Shown here: positions 20,159 through 29,879 of the stretch, one piece after another
Layout: each line of letters opens with the position of its first letter
How positions within the stretch are numbered: the first letter of the stretch is position 1
Virus record (IMG/VR): IMGVR_UViG_3300032007_000014
DNA: 64,000 nucleotides
Strand: one strand, 5' to 3'
From: a virus
Lineage: Duplodnaviria > Caudoviricetes
Made by a program: the position numbers and the translations under genes
Notes under the pieces: model-generated
Seen by the model: only the letters and a program-made list of their open reading frames with translations
Told to the model about the DNA's origin: nothing
Databases searched by the model: none

Positions 20159-21061
20159 TTATTCATATCGATTGTAAACAATCTTGTCCTTTTCAACAGA
20201 GAATGCGAATGCAACACATTCACCCTTGTAGTGAATTGTCACAATGTTATCTTCGAACACAAAAGACATACTCTCTTCATCTTCTTTGTCATTGACATAA
20301 CGATAGACGGAGAATATGTCTTTTTCAGAACGATTGGGAAGAAGTACGGTGTATCTTATATTTGTTTTGAATGTCCCACCACAAGTCACCTCGACTGTAT
20401 GATTGGTACATCCTCTCATGCAAACGACATGTTCCATATTTTCATTATGGAAAACCGCAGCCGCATTGAAGCGATCTGCAAACAAAGAAAGATCACCACA
20501 TGTGAAATCTTTGATGCCATCCAGAAAACTGTATTTTGTGACCTCATGAAGTAGCAAAGAGATAACGATTTGCTTCTTCATGAAGTTGGAAACTCCTTTC
20601 CAATTCTCATGATCATAAGAAACTTCCATTCCGAATGATTCGAACAAGAAAGATTTTCCATTGGGTTTGTGAGTGACAGTGTCGACAGACACAAAACATC
20701 TTCCAGATGCTGACAGTTGACTGCACAGCATACGACCAGCACCACACGCCGAATATACAAACTGCATACCTGGAATAAGGTCACATGTTGCAGTCAGTTG
20801 CCCGTTTTCTTCAACGAGGACGAAAGCATATTCTTTTCCATCACAGTGAACGACAGCTTTATCATTTCCATCCTCTTCTTCGATATGGTCAATCTGAATG
20901 ACCTTATCATTGTCAGTGAAAATGAAAGTACGAATGTTGTCACTGAAAATTTCTTTCTGTTCTGAAAGCATGGAACTTATCTGACGAGAGTACCCACCGA
21001 GTCCGTATCCTACAGAACAACCGAGTGAGATGCTCGCAAATAACGAGAGATTATTGAACAT
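20159..21061 (-). CDS. hypothetical protein
   Basis: AAGGA RBS before ATG 21061; beta-rich sequence. Confidence 0.6.
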   Translation of the reverse strand: MFNNLSLFASISLGCSVGYGLGGYSRQISSMLSEQKEIFSDNIRTFIFTDNDKVIQIDHIEEEDGNDKAVVHCDGKEYAFVLVEENGQLTATCDLIPGMQFVYSACGAGRMLCSQLSASGRCFVSVDTVTHKPNGKSFLFESFGMEVSYDHENWKGVSNFMKKQIVISLLLHEVTKYSFLDGIKDFTCGDLSLFADRFNAAAVFHNENMEHVVCMRGCTNHTVEVTCGGTFKTNIRYTVLLPNRSEKDIFSVYRYVNDKEDEESMSFVFEDNIVTIHYKGECVAFAFSVEKDKIVYNRYE

Positions 21062-21189
21062 TGTTCGTTCCTTGAGTTTAAATTTTTTAAGTAAGGGCCT
21101 ATAGAAAAGAACGACCAATTTTTGATCATTTACCGGCTTTTCACAAGCATATTATGTTAAACTAACTAATTTTGACAGGAGATAAAATC

Positions 21190-22011
21190 ATGGCTCAAGC
21201 GATAAATGTCGTCTACAATACAGTGCTTGCAGAGATCCCTCCACAGATCTTGCAGATGGCAATGTATGTAGCCAATAAGCACTTTCGAGTCTGCAACAAT
21301 GTGCAAGAATTCATCATGCAAAAGATCATCCGAGAACGTGTTCTTGATGATCTGAATCTGACTGGGGGAAAGTTCAAGAAATTCGTTCTCAAGTCAGAGT
21401 ATCATGAGAAGACAACTCTTGATATGCAAGGCTGGGCTGGTGATGATGGTGGATATGATCTATACCGCATTCCTCCGGAAGTGCGCGACAATCTTCCGAT
21501 GATTCATTGTCTCAGCGTTCAGTTCCCATATGCTTCATCCAGTGTGAATGGAGAAGGTTCACTTGCTGTGAATAACGCGGGTTATGATTTGATATCTCAA
21601 TCAGATCAGATCCTCAACTCATACACTCTTGCAAGACCTCTCAATCATCCAGTTGGACAGGTTCTCTCTGGAGATCTTTTGAAACTCTGGCCTTCTCAGT
21701 ACGGATTCACTGGATTCGTTGTTACTGTGAGACTTGCACTTGATGAGACATTCGAACAGGTCCAACCATCCGCAACCGAAGCACTTGCTGAGCTGGTTAC
21801 GCTTGCAACCAAAGCATGGATTTACAACAATCTCATCATTGACATCGATCGTGCTGCAATGGAATGCGGTGCTGACATTGGAAAGATCAAAGAAGAGATT
21901 GAGAACTACAGAGATGCGAATAACATGTACAAGGAAGCCAAACCGAAATGGTTCGCTGCGCAGCAGTTGGATTCCGACATGAGACAGCGTCTCTATCAGT
22001 ATTCACTTTGA
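21190..22011 (+). CDS. virion structural protein (phiKZ gp139-like)
   Basis: EIPPQIL, RVLDDLNLTGG and ATKAWIYN motifs recalled from phiKZ-like virion proteins; AGGAG RBS. Confidence 0.6.
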   Translation: MAQAINVVYNTVLAEIPPQILQMAMYVANKHFRVCNNVQEFIMQKIIRERVLDDLNLTGGKFKKFVLKSEYHEKTTLDMQGWAGDDGGYDLYRIPPEVRDNLPMIHCLSVQFPYASSSVNGEGSLAVNNAGYDLISQSDQILNSYTLARPLNHPVGQVLSGDLLKLWPSQYGFTGFVVTVRLALDETFEQVQPSATEALAELVTLATKAWIYNNLIIDIDRAAMECGADIGKIKEEIENYRDANNMYKEAKPKWFAAQQLDSDMRQRLYQYSL

Positions 22012-22022
22012 CGAACAAATAC

Positions 22023-22059
22023 CTCACACAGGAGAGTCGCAATGACTCTCCTGTGTGAG
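22023..22059. terminator. bidirectional 16-bp hairpin
   Basis: CTCACACAGGAGAGTC-gcaat-GACTCTCCTGTGTGAG. Confidence 0.75.
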
Positions 22060-22110
22060 CAAATTACTCGTACTGATATCTGGACAGAATAAACACAATC
22101 TAACCTTCGA

Positions 22111-23364
22111 TCAATCGTAATCGAAAGTGAGCATAATGATGTACACGATAAAAGCGATCTTCAGTGAAGCTTTTGTGCTATCTCGACTTGAGATCTTCGT
22201 CAGTTCGACGAGATGTTCGACACTGTCTTTGATTCTCAAGATATTCGGATCGTTGATTCGTGATGATCTGTATGTGTTCCTGACCTTCTCAAGGATGGCG
22301 AGTCTTGATTTGAGATTCACCTTCTCCATGATACACAGTCTATAAGATCGTTGTATGATCTCTGTGATCAGGATGCGATATCCGATCAGATACCGACCAG
22401 TCTTATCGATCTCATCCTGTTTCTGTTTCTGATATTGTACAACAGCTTGGTTGCTGAAGAACATGAGAAGAGTTCTCATCATATCAGGTCTGATATTCGG
22501 GATGAGTTTGACAACAATCTTGACTATGTCATTTCGGATGAACTGATTGGCGTTGAGTGACTTGTTGCAGATAACAGAGATCACGTTGTCGAGAGACCCA
22601 GTCAGTTCTTTGACGATCTTCTCACCATCAACATCATCCGTTGTCATGGTTGTAGATGCGATCTTCTTCCCTTCTTCCAATGTCTTATAGTATTCAAGAA
22701 CCACAAGTTTGATCTTGGTACGAAGACGAGTCTGTACATCTGACAACACATAGACAATCTTCTGGTCTGGTGTGAAGTTAACAATCGTGTGGTAATGGAT
22801 GTTGTTGTCCTTAGAGCAAAGTTCTCTTGCTCTCGCTTCCATGATCAACTTCCAAGTATTGGTCTCCTTGTTGACGATGTCATACTTTGCAGAAAGACCA
22901 TCCAGAGTTGCCTGCATGACATCAGGATTTGGTTTGTATGGAAGCATATGGTTCACGATGGATGAGAAGAACTTGTACTGAAGCATCTTCCACAGAGCAA
23001 AGCATCCATCATACTTGAGATTGTTAGGAAGATTGCTCTTAGTGATACAATGCGCCATGTAAACAGTGAACACATTGTACACATCAGAAGACACCTTGAA
23101 GTCTTTGTTCAATCCAGACTGGGAGATCATGTCTGCAAATTCAGACCGATCAATTTCGAACGCATCAAACACAGCTCTTTGATCTTTGTCAAAAAAATGA
23201 ATCTTATTCACACCAAGCATGGGTGAATTCAAAGCTTCAACATGATCATCACGCACTTCATAGAGAGTGCAGATTCTCACGAGCTGATCTATCATGCGTC
23301 GAGTTATGGTTATGTTGAAACGCTCCATACAGAGCTGTTTCAGAGATAACTTGACGTTTGGCAT
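22111..23364 (-). CDS. conserved jumbo-phage protein (phiKZ gp140-like)
   Basis: DFKVSSDVYN, YKFFSS and LSAKY motifs; convergent with the gp139-like gene; AAGGAG RBS. Confidence 0.6.
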   Translation of the reverse strand: MPNVKLSLKQLCMERFNITITRRMIDQLVRICTLYEVRDDHVEALNSPMLGVNKIHFFDKDQRAVFDAFEIDRSEFADMISQSGLNKDFKVSSDVYNVFTVYMAHCITKSNLPNNLKYDGCFALWKMLQYKFFSSIVNHMLPYKPNPDVMQATLDGLSAKYDIVNKETNTWKLIMEARARELCSKDNNIHYHTIVNFTPDQKIVYVLSDVQTRLRTKIKLVVLEYYKTLEEGKKIASTTMTTDDVDGEKIVKELTGSLDNVISVICNKSLNANQFIRNDIVKIVVKLIPNIRPDMMRTLLMFFSNQAVVQYQKQKQDEIDKTGRYLIGYRILITEIIQRSYRLCIMEKVNLKSRLAILEKVRNTYRSSRINDPNILRIKDSVEHLVELTKISSRDSTKASLKIAFIVYIIMLTFDYD

Positions 23365-23479
23365 AAGGATTCTCCTTGTATACAAATTGCATAAAATGGT
23401 TTTTAAACAAAAAATAAACGCTGGTGGATCAGCGTTCACTTGAAGAGGGTTCATAACAAAATACAGAGATAGGATATTC

Positions 23480-23632
23480 CTATGAAAGGAATGCTGCTCT
23501 GTATCTTGCAAATCTATCAGTGAGAGATCTCAGCTCGGTTTGTGAGGCTTCGCCGAGATATTTCTCAACTGAACAAATTTTGTTCAATTGTTTCTTACGA
23601 AACTCTTGAACTAAGTTGTTCAACTTGCTCAT
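23480..23632 (-). CDS. small hypothetical protein
   Basis: AGGAGG RBS; 50 aa. Confidence 0.5.
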   Translation of the reverse strand: MSKLNNLVQEFRKKQLNKICSVEKYLGEASQTELRSLTDRFARYRAAFLS

Positions 23633-23755
23633 ACACACACCTCCTTTCTGGCACCACAGCTGATCCACCAGTTGTGGTGCTGCTTTTAAAAAATAAAAGA
23701 GAAGAAGAGCAGGGACTCTGGGCGGCGCCGCCCAGAGTCCCACCTCATGACGATG

Positions 23756-23971
23756 TTACGCCTCTGCGGTTTCCGTCGCGGCGTCGGCCGCGGTGTGGGC
23801 ATGCTTCCAGAGCATGCCGAGACCGGCGCCGATGACGGCGATGCCGACGATGATGCCGCACCACTTCGCGGTGGTCTTCCAGCTGAAGCTCTGCTCGGCC
23901 TGCGGCTGCTGCTGTTCGGCGTTGTTGTTCTCGGGGTTCACGTTGGCGTTGGTGGTTTCGTTGGTATCCAT
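23756..23971 (-). CDS. small single-TM protein
   Basis: AGGAGG RBS; GC3-rich; one TM helix; followed by a hairpin and T-tract. Confidence 0.7.
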   Translation of the reverse strand: MDTNETTNANVNPENNNAEQQQPQAEQSFSWKTTAKWCGIIVGIAVIGAGLGMLWKHAHTAADAATETAEA

Positions 23972-24120
23972 GGTTAATCCTCCTATGGTTGGTTGTTGAA
24001 ACACCGTGAAGAACGGTACACCGTATATCGTTCTTCACCCAAATAATTTATATTTGAACAAAGTTGAAATACACTAAATACACCATGTGGCCTTCATAGC
24101 CACATGGTGTACTTCTCTAT

Positions 24121-26226
24121 TCACAGTGCTTTGTATAGATCAACAACAGAATAGTTTCTGTTTCTCTTCGCTTCAGTGATCGCACCTTTATCAACTTGTT
24201 CCAAAGGTTTGATCGTATCATCAATGATATCTTCATCACCGATGATATCCATCAACTTATTCAGTTCTCTCTGATGTGCTTGCTTGACAATGATGTTCAC
24301 ATCTCTGTCAATCAATTTACGAAGTTCAACAATTCTTGCTTTCGCAAGTTTCTTCTGTCGTTTCTCTTCAGCTTCGATCTCATTTCCATTGGCTTCGATA
24401 TTGCACATGAATTCATCAGGACCAATTCCATAGAGTTGGTGGTTCCTTCCAAACAGAATGAAATAACAAGCCAACAGATAAGAGATGAACAAGTCATCAT
24501 GTCCTTGTTCAGAGTGATCCACTCGTCCATTCTTCATGGTAAGACCACAGATCTCATCAATGAGACTGTTGTCATACAGTCTGGTTACATTCAGTTTCAG
24601 TGCTGTCATCATGACTGTTCCATACAGGAATTCACGTGACGTTGCTGACTTGGATGTATTGAATCCAAATTCTTTACGAACAGTTCCAGATCCATAATCA
24701 AGATTCTTCACATTCGTATCCTGAGTATAGTTCTGGAAATAACTGTTGTAGATCCTCTGTAATGGATTGAATGTTTCTCTCCTTGTCTCGGCAAAGATGA
24801 AGTCCAACAACATAGCACCGTTCTTGTTACGTTCAGGAATGAAGATACTTCTTGGAAAATCCTTCATGAACTTCAAGATACATCTTGCAACAAATGCAAG
24901 GTTGGTTGTATTGCATTTGAACGTTGCAACCGTGTGCATGTCATAGGGATCCAACATACAGAATGATGTAAAGTCTCGTCCAACATTGTCGGATGTATCA
25001 CATGCCATGACGTAAGGACGGTCTTTATACAACGAATCCAATGTCAGAATCTTCGGATTGTCATACCAACGAATAGCGAGAGATTCGTAGTATGTAACAG
25101 TGAGTGGATCCTTTCTCGAACACTGAAGTTGATCGAGCAAATCCTTCGGGAATATCGATCCTTCGGAACCATGCAACCATTGGTTCATGTAGTCTTTAGC
25201 AACTGTCTTTGGATCTTTATTTGCTGTGTTCTTCTCGAACCATTCATCACTCTTACCAAGCTGTTTGTGGTTGAACTCAATGTAAACCATGTTGTTCTTG
25301 GAGTTCAATCTGATCATAGACATAAGGTCTTCACGATCCTTGCAATCGTAGAAATGTTCCGTGAATCGGATGGCTTTACAAACCATACGATATGCTTCTC
25401 TTCCACGAGGATCATCGATATCACCAGCAGTTGATGTGATGATGGTTGCTGAAGGAAGACCTGCTTTCAACGCCTGTTCACCTGCTGCGGACATGGCTGC
25501 AGATGCCGCAGGGAATGACTTATCTATGTTGTCATAGTACACAATCTCATCCCAGTGTTGTACAGCATGAGATTGACCACGAGCTTGATCACCTGCAGCA
25601 ATCTTATCAGATTGTGCAACGAAGGTTATAAGTGAGTTCTGTAGTTCTGCAAATGTCACACCTTCCTTATTGTTGGTATCAGCTAGTGTCTGATGGACCA
25701 ACCAGGGAGGAAGTGCATCACGTATTTTCTTAAGACGATCCACGTTCTCAGACTGGAGTTTCAACCCTTTGCAGAACATACCCCAGTTACAGTTATAAGC
25801 ACCAATATACAGATACCAGACAGTAAGCACCATTGTACCGATCGTCTTACCAATCTGTCGTGGCATACACTGGAATCCGTCAATACTGTTGAAGAACACC
25901 CAAGCTTGCGCTAAGTTAGATCTGTTCAAAATGTAAGGAGATCCACCAGAACCTTGTTCAGTGATCCTTACAACTTCTCGTATGAAATACCAAGGATTGA
26001 TCTTGCACTCGTATGCAATACGTTGCTTCAACTCAATGGAGTTATCCTTTAAGTTGTGTGGATCATATCCTTGCAACTCTGGTTGTGTCAATGCCAAGAA
26101 GAAGAATCTGTTATTGATACACATCTTGTTCAAGATCATGCTCATGCGTATGAATGACATGTTCGTTGTGCGTGTATCAACAATAGATCCAGGATACTTA
26201 GCAAAGTCTTCACTAAAAAGAATCAT
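24121..26226 (-). CDS. terL: terminase large subunit
   Basis: NPWYFIRE, Walker A MPRQIGKT, ARG, Walker B HWDE, nuclease CDTSD, PERN and GHDD motifs. Confidence 0.92.
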   Translation of the reverse strand: MILFSEDFAKYPGSIVDTRTTNMSFIRMSMILNKMCINNRFFFLALTQPELQGYDPHNLKDNSIELKQRIAYECKINPWYFIREVVRITEQGSGGSPYILNRSNLAQAWVFFNSIDGFQCMPRQIGKTIGTMVLTVWYLYIGAYNCNWGMFCKGLKLQSENVDRLKKIRDALPPWLVHQTLADTNNKEGVTFAELQNSLITFVAQSDKIAAGDQARGQSHAVQHWDEIVYYDNIDKSFPAASAAMSAAGEQALKAGLPSATIITSTAGDIDDPRGREAYRMVCKAIRFTEHFYDCKDREDLMSMIRLNSKNNMVYIEFNHKQLGKSDEWFEKNTANKDPKTVAKDYMNQWLHGSEGSIFPKDLLDQLQCSRKDPLTVTYYESLAIRWYDNPKILTLDSLYKDRPYVMACDTSDNVGRDFTSFCMLDPYDMHTVATFKCNTTNLAFVARCILKFMKDFPRSIFIPERNKNGAMLLDFIFAETRRETFNPLQRIYNSYFQNYTQDTNVKNLDYGSGTVRKEFGFNTSKSATSREFLYGTVMMTALKLNVTRLYDNSLIDEICGLTMKNGRVDHSEQGHDDLFISYLLACYFILFGRNHQLYGIGPDEFMCNIEANGNEIEAEEKRQKKLAKARIVELRKLIDRDVNIIVKQAHQRELNKLMDIIGDEDIIDDTIKPLEQVDKGAITEAKRNRNYSVVDLYKAL

Positions 26227-26352
26227 GGTTCTATTTCCTTTAAGCTATGCATCTGTCTCATTCATACAATATATTGAATCAATAAAAGGTGAACAAACCA
26301 CTGTGGAGGATTGCTCCTCCACAGTGGTCTGCTCGTATAAGTCATATGCTCA

Positions 26353-27156
26353 TCACGCGGCGTTGATCGCCGCTACACGTTTGCGTAACGTTTCACCGTA
26401 CAAGGAGAGGAGTCCTCTTGACACATAAAGATCCTCGAGTTCCTTCTCGGTGAACAACCCACGCTTTGCGATGAAGCTTTTGAACTCTTCCCATGAGGCT
26501 CTCACCTCGAGTACTTTGGCTTCGACATCAGCGGCATCTCCAACAGCTGCTCCACTTGTTTGTTTCAAGCAGATCCAACCACATGGAGATATCCAACATT
26601 CATCGCCTGACAACCAAAGTGCAATTCTACTCATGCTACACAGTGTACCGGCACGCGTGATCACTTTCGCTTTGCAACGATCGATTGCTGACAAGAATGC
26701 ACGGATGCCGTAGGTATTATCCGTACGACCCGTTTCTGCATCGATGGTGATCTCAACAACATCGTTCTCAGTTGCGCTGTCGATAAGACCAACCAAACAA
26801 CCAGTGTACTTGTAGAAATCGTCAGTCAAGATGATTCGAAGATAAGCACATCCATTTGCATCGATTGTACGCGCGACACAAGGAGGCGGCATCTTCTGAT
26901 ATTGTTCCGGAACTCCCGGGACTCCATCACGAACCTCTTGATCATTCACTTCACCAATAAGCGACTCAACAGAGGCGCCTATATCATGTCCATCGGCATC
27001 TTGTTTTTCAAGATCCGATACCTTTGTAAGCATAGCGGAGTCTTCTCCGAACAAACATTCTTCGTAGACTTCGGTGTCCATGGCTTCAGAGACCTGGTGC
27101 GTTGGCACCGCTTCAGTCTTCTTCTGCGGAGCACCACTTTTGTTTATGAAGCGCAT
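26353..27156 (-). CDS. ClpP-like protein, probably catalytically inactive paralog
   Basis: Aligns with the neighbouring ClpP (RCKAKVITRA vs RCKANVTTVA; LCSMS); catalytic His position reads CLKQ. Confidence 0.65.
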   Translation of the reverse strand: MRFINKSGAPQKKTEAVPTHQVSEAMDTEVYEECLFGEDSAMLTKVSDLEKQDADGHDIGASVESLIGEVNDQEVRDGVPGVPEQYQKMPPPCVARTIDANGCAYLRIILTDDFYKYTGCLVGLIDSATENDVVEITIDAETGRTDNTYGIRAFLSAIDRCKAKVITRAGTLCSMSRIALWLSGDECWISPCGWICLKQTSGAAVGDAADVEAKVLEVRASWEEFKSFIAKRGLFTEKELEDLYVSRGLLSLYGETLRKRVAAINAA

Positions 27157-27171
27157 TGGAGCCTCCCATGC

Positions 27172-28338
27172 TTATTTCTTTGCAAAATATGCGTCAGCAG
27201 CCCAGGTGTCGTCGACTTCACCGTCTCCATCACCAGAACCCTTGCCGTCGCCTTCGCCTTTTCCAGATCCGGCATCGTCTCCGTCACCGGAGCCTTCTTC
27301 TTTTTCACCGGAACCTTTTTCTCCTTCTCCGGCGTCATCGCCTTCTCCGGAACCTTCGGCTTTCTTGGCTTTGTCAGCGGGAGCGGCAGGCTCTTTTCCA
27401 CCTTCGCCCTCACCTTCACCAGAGCCTTCCCCTTCACCGGATCCAGCACCGTCGCCGTCTCCTTCACCAGGGGTCTGGTTCTTCTTGGCTTTCTTGGACT
27501 TGCACTCATCGCAATCGCAGTCGTCGCCGTGCTCGCCCTTGCCTTCGTCAGGAGTCTGATTCTTCTTCTTGCCGGTGGCTTCGCCGTCACCTTCTCCGGA
27601 GCCTTTTCCATCTCCTTCGCCGGATCCGCCTTCACCACTGCCTTTGCCATCACCGCTTCCGCTGCCTTCACCAGAGCCGGATCCCTTGCCACTGCCAGAT
27701 CCTTCACCTTCGCCAGCGCCACCTTCCTCGGAAAGGATGTGGAGTGCTTCGGTGGAACTCATAGCAGCGAAGAGGCGTCTGCGCATCTGTTCACCGGTGA
27801 TGTAGGTATCCTGTTTGCAAGAAGTGATCTTGGTGTACTCCTCGTTGGTGAGAATACCTGCAGCAACCATGTCTTTCAACAAGCTTTCCATAAACTTCAC
27901 CAATTCTGTTGCTTCTTCTTTGATCTCAGACGAGCGTCCAAATGCTCCATGCGATGTACCATGGAACATGAACTTCGCCCAGGGACCGACTTCACGATTT
28001 TTACCATAGAACCACACTATGGTACCTGCAGATGCAACGAGGCCACTGGCAACAGTGGTCACGTTGGCTTTACATCTCATCATGTAATCGACGAGAAGTT
28101 GTGTTGCGTACACATTGCCACCGGGTGTGTCGATGACAATTCTGATCTCATCGCCAGACTTCGCACGGCCGAGTATATCGAAGACTTCAAGAAACTGTGA
28201 AGTCGCTTCGATGACTCCACACAACTGGATCGTGACCTCTTCGTGGCCATTCGAATCAATTGGTTTCTTGCAGATGATCGGTGGAACTCCGCCGTACGGA
28301 GGTGGCATTTTGATCGGTGAGGTTGCATTGATTTGCAT
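27172..28338 (-). CDS. ClpP-family serine protease with Gly/Glu/Ser-rich C-terminal tail
   Basis: IDTPGG, GLVASAG (Ser), FMFHG (His), QDTYIT (Asp). Confidence 0.85.
   Translation of the reverse strand: MQINATSPIKMPPPYGGVPPIICKKPIDSNGHEEVTIQLCGVIEATSQFLEVFDILGRAKSGDEIRIVIDTPGGNVYATQLLVDYMMRCKANVTTVASGLVASAGTIVWFYGKNREVGPWAKFMFHGTSHGAFGRSSEIKEEATELVKFMESLLKDMVAAGILTNEEYTKITSCKQDTYITGEQMRRRLFAAMSSTEALHILSEEGGAGEGEGSGSGKGSGSGEGSGSGDGKGSGEGGSGEGDGKGSGEGDGEATGKKKNQTPDEGKGEHGDDCDCDECKSKKAKKNQTPGEGDGDGAGSGEGEGSGEGEGEGGKEPAAPADKAKKAEGSGEGDDAGEGEKGSGEKEEGSGDGDDAGSGKGEGDGKGSGDGDGEVDDTWAADAYFAKK
27200..27730 (-). repeat. low-complexity GEG/GSG/GDG coding repeat
   Basis: Degenerate tandem GEGEGSG/GDGKGSG units; KKNQTP occurs twice; CDCDEC motif. 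Confidence 0.8.
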
Positions 28339-28352
28339 GGTTAACCTCCCGA

Positions 28353-29156
28353 TTATTTGTGATCAAACAGTGCACCGAAGATCGAAACGTTGCCTTTTTC
28401 GGAGACAAGCTGATTGCCAGGTGCCCGTGTCATAATAATGTTTTTGACGCGAACGGAATCACATCCGAATGCATCAAGAACCTGCTGGTCCTGTATGATC
28501 GATTCGTGACCAACTGACTGAAGGGCTTCCATAGCAGATGCATAGTCTTGCTTGCCGACAGTAATGTCGATGGACTCATTGGATGCATCTTGATCACGGA
28601 AACGCTTACTGGCTTTCAGGAAGCCAGGACCATCGACAGCATCGAATGTCACAAGTGCGAGCATTTCTTTGCGTGTGTTGGGACCAGACTGTCCGATCAC
28701 ACGAGCTGCCGATCTCAGAGAGAACGACGTATTGCGACGTCCATCCTCAAAGGATTCTTTCAAATACTGACCATACGGTCCGTATGGCACGATGTCGCCA
28801 TACACCATGATCGTGTTGTCAGTTTCCACACCATACACTTTCGTGAAGTAGTGTGAGACTCTGGTACGATCAATGTAGAGCAATCTCGGGAGATCATCTT
28901 TGGTTTTGATGAGAGGATGACCCCACTCACCTTCCATGTCTCCAGACTGCACATTCGCCGCGAAGCGTCCCTGAAGATTGGTGATGCATGCAAGGACTGA
29001 TTCTCTGGTGTAATCAACTTTGTTGCGAGATGCAACTCCGATGACCGTCAGAGGGATTCCTTTATACACACCATTCTTGTCAGGCTTGACTGCTTGCAAC
29101 TGGCGACCTTCCATCTCCAGTTCGGTAGAGATGGAAAAACAGACTTGTTTTTCCAT
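28353..29156 (-). CDS. prohead (head maturation) protease (phiKZ gp175-like)
   Basis: GEWGHP (His), VSH, PYGPYG, SFSLRS (Ser), TFDAVDGPG motifs; ASNE autocleavage-like site. Confidence 0.85.
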   Translation of the reverse strand: MEKQVCFSISTELEMEGRQLQAVKPDKNGVYKGIPLTVIGVASRNKVDYTRESVLACITNLQGRFAANVQSGDMEGEWGHPLIKTKDDLPRLLYIDRTRVSHYFTKVYGVETDNTIMVYGDIVPYGPYGQYLKESFEDGRRNTSFSLRSAARVIGQSGPNTRKEMLALVTFDAVDGPGFLKASKRFRDQDASNESIDITVGKQDYASAMEALQSVGHESIIQDQQVLDAFGCDSVRVKNIIMTRAPGNQLVSEKGNVSIFGALFDHK

Positions 29157-29173
29157 TGCTTCTCCTTGAATGG

Positions 29174-29860
29174 TTATTTTCTCAGAATGTCTTCAATCTG
29201 ACTCGGTGACTCATTCTCATTGACAAGTGCAGCATTGACACCTTCATTGAAATAAGCACCGACGATACGAGAAGTTGTAGATGTTGCAGCATGTGCAACA
29301 TCATTCAACGGAATGCGTGTGAAATCACCAGTCATCTTATCATTACGATAAGCTTTGGTGAAATCATTCGGACATCTGGTGAGGTGTGCGAAGATGGCTT
29401 CGTATGTTGCATGATCAACAGGGAAACCAATGCCAGATGTGGCAATCAGTCTGTCGAAAATGAAAGCCTGATCTTCATACTTGATTGCTTTCAAGGTGTT
29501 GGCGAATTTCACGAATTCAATCCAAACAATGAATGCAATGTTTGAATCAAGAACAACTTTCGTTGTCTTCATGAAAGTATCACCTTTGTGGAAGATCAGT
29601 TTCACACGAGGTCTGTCACCAGAATTGTCATTGACCACTTCAGAAGGAAACATCTCAATGTGAGAAACAAGGAACATTCCTGACTGTATTCCATCCACAA
29701 CCATATCGAAAACACCGAGAGTCTTGACAGACTCTCCAACGGTCAAGCAACCGTACTGTTCCAATTTTTTGAGGATGGAGACTTCGCAAGTTTCACCTTC
29801 GAAGATAACAGGACTGTCTTTGTCCTTCTGAGAGAATTTCTTCAAAACTTCAACATTCAT
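29174..29860 (-). CDS. conserved jumbo-phage protein (phiKZ gp174-like)
   Basis: Immediately upstream of the protease; C-terminal SRIVGAYFNEG...IEDILR. Confidence 0.55.
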   Translation of the reverse strand: MNVEVLKKFSQKDKDSPVIFEGETCEVSILKKLEQYGCLTVGESVKTLGVFDMVVDGIQSGMFLVSHIEMFPSEVVNDNSGDRPRVKLIFHKGDTFMKTTKVVLDSNIAFIVWIEFVKFANTLKAIKYEDQAFIFDRLIATSGIGFPVDHATYEAIFAHLTRCPNDFTKAYRNDKMTGDFTRIPLNDVAHAATSTTSRIVGAYFNEGVNAALVNENESPSQIEDILRK

Positions 29861-29879
29861 TATTCCGATTCTCCCTCAC

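Noticed and set aside
26902-28200. Several overlapping long ORFs (Pro/Ser-, Phe- or Arg-rich)
   Set aside because: Alternative frames of the low-complexity Gly/Glu tail of the ClpP gene
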